This document shows positions 32,146 to 36,912 of a DNA stretch of 36,912 bases, in pieces; within the stretch, counting starts at the first letter, position 1, and each line of letters opens with the position of its first letter. Both the position numbers and the translations under genes were made by a program. Location: the IMG/VR virus record IMGVR_UViG_3300027895_000003. One strand, given 5' to 3'. The stretch comes from a virus. A model generated the notes under the pieces. The model ran no database searches, was not told the origin of the DNA, and saw nothing but the letters and a program-made list of their open reading frames with translations.

Positions 32146-32639
32146 GCCACCGTGATGACGGCGGTGGTGGCCTGGTTCGTCGTCGACGCGGTCACGGTCT
32201 CGGAGACCGGCGCCGGCTGGATGAAGGCGGTCACGCCATCGTCGTCTTCGAGGGCCGCACCGCTCTGGTTGAGCACCGTGGCCCCCAGGTTGTAGGAGCC
32301 TGCCGCTACACCGGTCACCGTGGCCGAGTAGTTGCCGTTGCCGGCCGAGTCGGTGCCCGCGATGGCGGTGCCAACCGTGGCGACGGTCGGGGTGTCGGAA
32401 GTGAAGGTGACAGCGAGGCCCGAGCCGTCACCGGTCGGGGGTGCGGCGGCTGTGCCGACGGCGACGTCAACGAAGCCCAGAGTGGCGGTTGTGGTCCCAC
32501 CTACGGTCAGTGGCATGTCTGCTCCTTCGAGGGTAATGGCCGCGGAGACGGCCTGGTGGTCAAGAACTCCCCAGATCTTACGCAGAAGACGCTCAATCTC
32601 GCGGAGCAGTTTTACCTCTTCGCGGTCGAGCCAGGGCAC
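32142..32639 (-). CDS. Ig-like (BIG2-type) domain protein (165 aa; alternative start ATG at about 32516)
   Basis: ..YSATVTGVAAGSYNLGATV.. is Ig-like. GTG 32639 has AAGG 5 nt upstream. The first ~40 codons have lower GC3, and an internal ATG has a GAAGGAG SD. Confidence 0.5.
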   Translation of the reverse strand: MPWLDREEVKLLREIERLLRKIWGVLDHQAVSAAITLEGADMPLTVGGTTTATLGFVDVAVGTAAAPPTGDGSGLAVTFTSDTPTVATVGTAIAGTDSAGNGNYSATVTGVAAGSYNLGATVLNQSGAALEDDDGVTAFIQPAPVSETVTASTTNQATTAVITVA

Positions 32640-32654
32640 ACCACAACCTTACAT

Positions 32655-32690
32655 GCGGAACCCCCGGCCAAGAAGTACCGGGGGTTCCGC
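32655..32690. terminator. Perfect 13-bp stem / 10-nt loop hairpin (GCGGAACCCCCGG..CCGGGGGTTCCGC)
   Basis: The arms are exact reverse complements. There is no U-tract on either strand. It sits 15 nt upstream of the 32639 start, at the end of the non-coding island. Confidence 0.45.
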
Positions 32691-32792
32691 ACACGTGGCC
32701 GCTCTTAAGGAGCCAACAGCAGCGGGGGAGGGTCTGCGTCTCGCCCGTCTACCGTTGACAAACTTAACACGGCGGCGCGACAGTTGGCACTT

Positions 32793-32868
32793 AGCAGCGT
32801 GGAGCAGGAGTAGCTCGCCAGGCTCATAACCTGGAGGTCGCGTGGTGCAAATCCCGCCGCTGCCACCA
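32793..32868 (+). tRNA. tRNA-Met(CAU)-like gene, initiator-like, with encoded CCA and an aberrant T-arm
   Basis: Manual fold: acceptor AGCAGCG/CGCTGCC (position 1:72 is an A-C mismatch), D-stem GAGC/GCTC, anticodon stem CCAGG/CCTGG, loop CTCATAA. The T-arm GCG(T)GG-TGCAAAT-CCCGC has a bulged T, and G replaces the near-universal U55. The sequence resembles bacterial initiator tRNA (TGGAGCAG..GTAGCTCG..GGCTCATAACC). Confidence 0.55.
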
Positions 32869-32980
32869 CGGATAGGGTCTGCGGTCTGCACTCCCGCGCG
32901 TGACACGAACGGCGGAGACGCCACGGACCTCACGCGCCGGTTGAGCGCCGGCATCAGCGGAGAAGATGCTGCCCTCCTTG

Positions 32981-33016
32981 CCACAGTCCACAGCTTGTAC
33001 AGCTGCCTGTGGATAA
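32981..33016. promoter_or_regulatory. Inverted cluster of CCACAG/TCCACA boxes, including a perfect TTATCCACA (DnaA-box consensus, minus strand, 33008..33016)
   Basis: The sequence is CCACAGTCCACAG-CTTGTACAGCTGC-CTGTGGATAA. There are two direct CCACAG copies, one inverted copy, and a central 5-bp-arm palindrome (32991..33005). Confidence 0.35.
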
Positions 33017-33096
33017 CTCAGGGCGAGGGTTTCGGTAAGGCTGTCTGCGCGCGTTTGGGTTGAAGAGTCAGAGGCCAGTCAAGGGCGGCTATTGGG

Positions 33097-33198
33097 TTAT
33101 TTGCGCTTCCGCCACGCCCGCTTGGAGTCGATGGCGACGATGTACCAGATGACCGCCACCGCCCACACGATGGCGAAGATCAGGCCACCGCTCACCAC
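33097..33198 (-). CDS. TM micro-protein with a polybasic tail (33 aa): VVSGGLIFAIVWAVAVIWYIVAIDSKRAWRKRK
   Basis: The GTG start overlaps the upstream TGA. GC3 is high, unlike the rest of the 72-aa track ORF. Confidence 0.45.
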   Translation of the reverse strand: MVSGGLIFAIVWAVAVIWYIVAIDSKRAWRKRK

Positions 33199-33311
33199 AT
33201 CATCTCGTCCAGCGGGGTGTCGCAGTGCAGGCAGACGCCACCGACCACGATCCGGTGCTGGCACCTCGCCCTGCGTATCGACTTGCGCCACACGGCCATC
33301 AGCCACTTCAT
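33192..33311 (-). CDS. Cys/His micro-protein (39 aa): MKWLMAVWRKSIRRARCQHRIVVGGVCLHCDTPLDEMMW
   Basis: GC3 is very high in this frame. The ATG lies 7 nt after a -10-like hexamer, so the mRNA looks leaderless. It is below the ORF-track cutoff. Confidence 0.45.
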   Translation of the reverse strand: MKWLMAVWRKSIRRARCQHRIVVGGVCLHCDTPLDEMMW

Positions 33312-33347
33312 GCAAGCTATCTTGCGCTCTGCAAGTTCCCTTGTCAA
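33312..33347 (-). promoter_or_regulatory. Candidate promoter (-35 TTGACA, 17-nt spacer, -10 CAAGAT) bracketed by two operator-like palindromes (33312..33325 and 33331..33344)
   Basis: -35 at 33342..33347 overlaps the portal stop. -10 at 33319..33324. The palindromes are GCAAGCTATCTTGC (exact motif) and GCAAGTTCCCTTGT (9/10), 19 bp apart centre to centre. Confidence 0.4.
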
Positions 33348-35188
33348 TGTGGGTGCCCCGTACCCGGCCCCTTCGGCTGCGCGTTGCCCCCTCCTTGCGC
33401 CTTTCCTGCTGCTTGTGCCTGAGCCATCGCGGCGGCTTCGGCCTTCATCCGCTCGACCACCTGTTGCCAGTTCGGCCAGGCGTGGGCCTGGAGCACAGCC
33501 TGGGCGTCGATCGCCTTCATGGCAAAGAGGGCGTCGGCTTCGGCAATGCGGGCCTGGCGAGACGTGGGTGCGGAGCTGCCGGCCTTGACGATCAAGGAGA
33601 ACTTGAGTGGCTCGGCCGCCACCTTCCCGTCGATCATCTTGGGCATGTAGAAGTGCTGGGCCGCAAGCCTTATTGCGGTATCGACCCCGTCGTCTCCGAC
33701 GATGGCGACGACTCGGGGGGCGTCGTAGTTCTGGACGATGAGGTTAGCAACGAGGTTTCCGAGTCCACCCAGGCATCGCTCAAGATTGCGCAGAGCGCTG
33801 CGGATGCGTACAAACCCCGCTTCCTGAGTCGCCTGGACAGTTTGCTGAGCAGGACGCCCAGACGACGGCTGACCCTTCTGGGGACCACTGAGCCCACTGA
33901 TGTTCTCCATTCTCGATATCCAGAACTGCACGGTGTTCATGACGAACTGGGGCAGCTCGGGCGGGGTCATCCAGTGCGGGCCCGGCCCGGCGTTCGCCGC
34001 CTGCTGGGTCGTCTCGACGCGCATCCCGGGCCGGTTCATCATCTGGGTGCGGCTCAAGCCCGAGCCGGCCACGTCCATGAAGACGGGATTGCCGATCAGC
34101 TCAGCGTTTCCTTGGACCGAGCTCAGCAACCTGTCTATGGCGATTTGGCAGGGGGCGAGGTGGCTGACGATGGGGGTAGGCCAGAACTCACCCAGTTCCT
34201 CATCCACAAACCTCTCGTACGGGTGACGGTCATGCTCCCAGAGGTTGACAGCGAGCTCGTCCAACAAGACGGTATGGCCTGTGTAGACGACGACTCTCCA
34301 CTGGTCATAGACGATCTCCTCGTTCTCTCCGTGCGTCTGGTCGGTGGCCTGGCGGACTTCGCGGACGTTCTCCCTGATCCAACACTCCTTGACGTTCACC
34401 CCGTTCTGCAGCATCTGGTCCGACGCCGTCCGGCGGCTCTGACCAGGGAGTCCGTAGACGGTGGAGTTGGACCCAGGCAGGTTGCCGGGATTCGCCATCG
34501 GGTAGTCGGACTGCGGGGCGTAGTCGGGCCGCGTCATGCCCGGGTCCTGCCCGTCGCCGCCCTGTAGCGCCTCCTCTATCAGCGTCTTGGAAGTGGAGGG
34601 GAAGCGCCGCTCGATCTCGGCGTAGCTCATGCGCTTGATCTCGAAGCAGTACTGCATGTCCGCAATCGAAGTTGCGTTGGGGTCGGGGTAGAACTTCCAC
34701 ACGTCGACCCGCTTCATCGCCGCGTTCCCCAGCCCCGAGTCGATGCCCGAGTCCCAGATGGCTTTCAAGATCCCCGCCCCGAACAGGGCCGAGTCCCAGA
34801 TGGAGAGCAGCACCTCGGCGTCCCAGGCCTGCACCTGCCAGTTGGTGTCGAGGATCTGCTCGAGGTGGGTGCCGAGCGTCTGCATGTGGTCCGCGTAAGC
34901 CGAGCCTGGCGTGGCCGAAGGCGCCACGTCGAAGGCCAGCTTCTGGTCCGTGATCCAAGCAATGCGCGACGAGATGATCGGGAAGATCTCCGAGTCGGTC
35001 ACGTTCGCTGACCAGGGCTGGGTGCCGCTGGCCTGGTTCTGCCGGCTGGTGAGCAAGAGGTAGTTGCGACGCCAGGTCGACTGGTACATCTGCTTCTTGT
35101 CCTTGGCCAGCTGGTAGAGCTGGTCCAAGTCGTTAGTCAGCTCGAACTCGTCGAGGGTCGGGGCGTCTTCGACCTGGGTGAGCGTCAT
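33344..35188 (-). CDS. Portal protein (614 aa)
   Basis: Assigned by size and by position downstream of terL and upstream of the scaffold/capsid genes. The N-terminal pattern ..QSTWRRNYLLLTSRQ.. resembles portals from recall. Confidence 0.7.
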   Translation of the reverse strand: MTLTQVEDAPTLDEFELTNDLDQLYQLAKDKKQMYQSTWRRNYLLLTSRQNQASGTQPWSANVTDSEIFPIISSRIAWITDQKLAFDVAPSATPGSAYADHMQTLGTHLEQILDTNWQVQAWDAEVLLSIWDSALFGAGILKAIWDSGIDSGLGNAAMKRVDVWKFYPDPNATSIADMQYCFEIKRMSYAEIERRFPSTSKTLIEEALQGGDGQDPGMTRPDYAPQSDYPMANPGNLPGSNSTVYGLPGQSRRTASDQMLQNGVNVKECWIRENVREVRQATDQTHGENEEIVYDQWRVVVYTGHTVLLDELAVNLWEHDRHPYERFVDEELGEFWPTPIVSHLAPCQIAIDRLLSSVQGNAELIGNPVFMDVAGSGLSRTQMMNRPGMRVETTQQAANAGPGPHWMTPPELPQFVMNTVQFWISRMENISGLSGPQKGQPSSGRPAQQTVQATQEAGFVRIRSALRNLERCLGGLGNLVANLIVQNYDAPRVVAIVGDDGVDTAIRLAAQHFYMPKMIDGKVAAEPLKFSLIVKAGSSAPTSRQARIAEADALFAMKAIDAQAVLQAHAWPNWQQVVERMKAEAAAMAQAQAAGKAQGGGNAQPKGPGTGHPH

Positions 35189-35409
35189 CGATCGTGCGGG
35201 TGGTTGACCGTCACGAACTTCTGCTTCACGTCGTCGGGGAACTTGCCGCCGTTGACCCAGCGTTCAGCGGTCTTGTAGTCGTCGATGGAGCCCAGGTGAG
35301 TGCCGAAGTACTCCCCGTCAGAGAGGGTGTCGAGGCGGAACAGGGCGATCCCCTCGGGCTTGACCGCGGCGGCTCGGCGCAGGTCCTCGCGGATCAGGTA
35401 GTCGGTCAC
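35185..35409 (-). CDS. Hypothetical protein (74 aa)
   Basis: The GTG 35409 start overlaps the upstream stop (GTGA), and an ATGA overlap joins it to the portal gene. The track's 159-aa form has an off-frame Arg-rich N-terminus. Confidence 0.5.
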   Translation of the reverse strand: MTDYLIREDLRRAAAVKPEGIALFRLDTLSDGEYFGTHLGSIDDYKTAERWVNGGKFPDDVKQKFVTVNHPHDR

Positions 35410-35591
35410 GCCACTCCCAGCACCCAGCGCCACGTGTCCTGCCACTCCTCGTTGACCTCGCAGCTCGACAGCATGACGATGCGCCCGTGATTGTCGGTGT
35501 GGTACGTGTACGTGGCAGGGTGATCGTCCTCGAGAACACCGCACTGGAGGCACCGCGGCTCCCCGTCCACTTCGTCGATGAACCCGCTCAC
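35406..35591 (-). CDS. Hypothetical Cys-containing protein (61 aa)
   Basis: ORF coupled on both sides, with a CLQC motif. Confidence 0.45.
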   Translation of the reverse strand: MSGFIDEVDGEPRCLQCGVLEDDHPATYTYHTDNHGRIVMLSSCEVNEEWQDTWRWVLGVA

Positions 35592-35941
35592 AACGCCAAA
35601 TCCCGCTGCCGGCGCCTGGTCTCCTCCAGGGAGTCCTCAGAGACGCCGTGTGCCGATGGGTCACGCATGTCGGCCGGATCTACCCGGACGAACTCATGGT
35701 CGACCCCTGTGCGCACTGAGGCGGCCTCTGACTGGCGCTTGAGGGCGTCGTCCATCTCTTGGCGGTTCGAGACGTACTGGCCCACCGCGGTGTTCCAGTG
35801 TTCTTTCATTGAGCCGGACACGTTGAAAGTAAACTTGCGTGTGGCGGAGCCTAGACAGAGGGGGCATGTGGTTGCATCCGCTCTTGTCTCGGTGCTGAAA
35901 AGCCGCTTGCACTGGTTGCAACGGTACTGGTAGAGACTCAC
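35588..35941 (-). CDS. FmdB-family zinc-ribbon protein (117 aa)
   Basis: MSLYQYRCNQCKRLF....TCPLCLGSATRKF matches the FmdB N-terminal pattern (Y.Y.C..C...F......CP.CG) from recall. Confidence 0.55.
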   Translation of the reverse strand: MSLYQYRCNQCKRLFSTETRADATTCPLCLGSATRKFTFNVSGSMKEHWNTAVGQYVSNRQEMDDALKRQSEAASVRTGVDHEFVRVDPADMRDPSAHGVSEDSLEETRRRQRDLAL

Positions 35942-36246
35942 CCCAGCTCGTCCTCTTCTTCATCGAAGACCTCAATCGGGTCCATGTACTTCCACCACCG
36001 TAGGCCACAATCAGGACACCGGGTATCCCAACTCCTGAACTCTTTGCGTGTTGGCCGTCGTTCGGAGTGCCACGGAATCACGTCATAAAACTCCTCGTCA
36101 GTGCCATCACTCTTCTTGACCTGATGGTGTTTTCGATTCCTCAAAGGCGCGTGAGTTGGCTGGTTACCAGGGCAATACACCAAGACTTGCCATCCGCGAT
36201 TGTCGTCAGCCGAAGGCTTCCCAAGGTGGCTTATCGAAGAGGTCAT
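35938..36246 (-). CDS. Hypothetical protein (102 aa), low GC3, with a CPDC motif
   Basis: It overlaps the terL 3' end by 41 nt. Codon usage is atypical, with many T-ending codons. The start is uncertain. Confidence 0.4.
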   Translation of the reverse strand: MTSSISHLGKPSADDNRGWQVLVYCPGNQPTHAPLRNRKHHQVKKSDGTDEEFYDVIPWHSERRPTRKEFRSWDTRCPDCGLRWWKYMDPIEVFDEEEDELG

Positions 36247-36912
36247 TCGTTGTCACCTCACTTGGACCGTAAGGCAGGGCGGGCTCGGTCATCGTACTCC
36301 CAATCGCAATCATGAGGGCGGTCACCGAATCGTCGTTGCCCTTGGGGCTCGACGGTCCCATGTCGTAGGGGCCGAGGTGTACGAAGTTGCACATCTCGTG
36401 GTAGGTCATCTCGTCGTGGATCTTGATGGCCTTCTGGGCCAAGAGGTCGATCACGCACCCCCGGGCCCAGTGCTTGCGCTGCGAGGACATCTGCCAGCCC
36501 CAGGTGATAGCCAACTTGCCGGGCGACTTGTCCGCCCAGCGGTGGCGCCAGATGTTGGGGTAGTCGAGTTGCAACAGGGCACCGATGGTGGCGTAGCCGG
36601 GACCGTTGATCTCTACGTTGAGGAGCGCCTGGTTGTAGTAGTAGGCGAGTCGGATCAGTTCATGGGCGAAGGCAACAGGGTCCATATGCCCATGCCAAAC
36701 GGCAACCTGCTCGAAGGTTCTTCGGTTAAAAACCTGGATGCAAGCTCCGTCGCCATACGTGGTCCGAGAAGGATCTCCGGCCACGACGTACTGCCCCCAA
36801 TCTCTGTCACTCGAGGGCCATGTGTAGATGGTGAGGGGTCCGGTCGCATCGGGCTCGAACTTGATGGCGCCGTTGTGGTCGTAGACGATGCCTCGTTGTC
36901 CGTTCTTGGGCT
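36206..36912 (-). CDS. terL: Terminase large subunit, C-terminal (nuclease) part; 36786..36912 duplicates 1..127
   Basis: The track ORF 36206..36784 starts at an internal GTG. Upstream codons stay open (..KFEPDATGPLTIYTWPSSDRDWGQYVVAGDPSRT..), which is the classic terminase hinge/nuclease-entry pattern. The stop is at 36206. Confidence 0.9.
   Translation of the reverse strand, partial: PKNGQRGIVYDHNGAIKFEPDATGPLTIYTWPSSDRDWGQYVVAGDPSRTTYGDGACIQVFNRRTFEQVAVWHGHMDPVAFAHELIRLAYYYNQALLNVEINGPGYATIGALLQLDYPNIWRHRWADKSPGKLAITWGWQMSSQRKHWARGCVIDLLAQKAIKIHDEMTYHEMCNFVHLGPYDMGPSSPKGNDDSVTALMIAIGSTMTEPALPYGPSEVTTNDLFDKPPWEAFG
36786..36912. repeat. Terminal direct repeat, copy 2 (identical to 1..127)
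   Basis: Same as copy 1. The unique genome length is 36,785 bp. Confidence 0.95.

Noticed and set aside
32793-32868. Interpreting the tRNA-like sequence as an attP core for integration into a host tRNA-Met gene
   Set aside because: The element is a full-length cloverleaf rather than a 3' fragment, and the complete genome has no recognisable integrase or recombinase other than ERF. This cannot be fully excluded without host sequences.
32649-32984. 111-aa minus-strand ORF and 73-aa plus-strand ORF (32842..33063) in the non-coding island
   Set aside because: The minus ORF has an Arg/Ala/Pro-rich junk composition. Neither has an SD, and both overlap the tRNA-like gene. The plus ORF's GC3 (about 71% by my count) is not clearly above background, and it starts inside the tRNA.
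33092-34567. 491-aa plus-strand ORF antisense to the portal gene. Similar cases are the 624-aa ORF at 16875..18749, the 362-aa ORF at 22498..23586 and the 308-aa ORF at 9057..9983.
   Set aside because: Their composition is Arg/Gly/Pro/Val-rich nonsense and the third-position bias favours the opposite-strand gene. Long antisense ORFs are expected in high-GC DNA because stop codons are rare.

Overview
The window appears to be a complete high-GC dsDNA phage genome assembled as a circle. Bases 1..127 are identical to 36786..36912, so the unique length is 36,785 bp, and the large-terminase gene runs across this junction. All convincing protein genes but one lie on the minus strand. They are tightly packed and mostly translationally coupled through ATGA/GTGA, TGATG or 8-nt NTGnnTGA overlaps.

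Minus-strand order:
- Packaging and head: terS-like, terL, four small genes, portal, then a 457-bp non-coding island. After that come an Ig-like/membrane/WhiB block, a run of tiny basic peptides, scaffold, HNH, major capsid and head/tail-hub proteins.
- Ejection-type block: three low-complexity Q/A/G-rich proteins followed by a 1290-aa protein.
- Early operon: starts at an AT-rich promoter and encodes XRE, ERF, HNH, a Vsr-like nuclease, many zinc-ribbon micro-proteins, RHH, AbrB-like and DnaA-domain-IV-like HTH proteins.
- Fibre/lysis block: collagen-like glycine-rich fibre, GT4 glycosyltransferase, fibre, alpha/beta hydrolase, endolysin, holin, and a GH16-like fibre.

A WhiB gene, the high GC content and apparently leaderless starts point to an actinobacterial host. 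I recognised no tail tube, sheath, tape-measure chaperone pair, integrase, DNA polymerase, primase or helicase. The layout looks podovirus/P22-like, but that is inference.

Most interesting observations:
1. A set of Arg/Lys-rich micro-proteins below the 60-aa ORF-track cutoff.
2. An over-represented palindrome, GCAAG-N4-CTTGC, at operon boundaries.
3. A locus upstream of terS that needs a -1 frameshift or dual coding.
4. A reverse-oriented, initiator-like but aberrant tRNA-Met in the non-coding island.
5. A glycosyltransferase embedded in the fibre module.

All homology statements come from motif recall, not from database searches.
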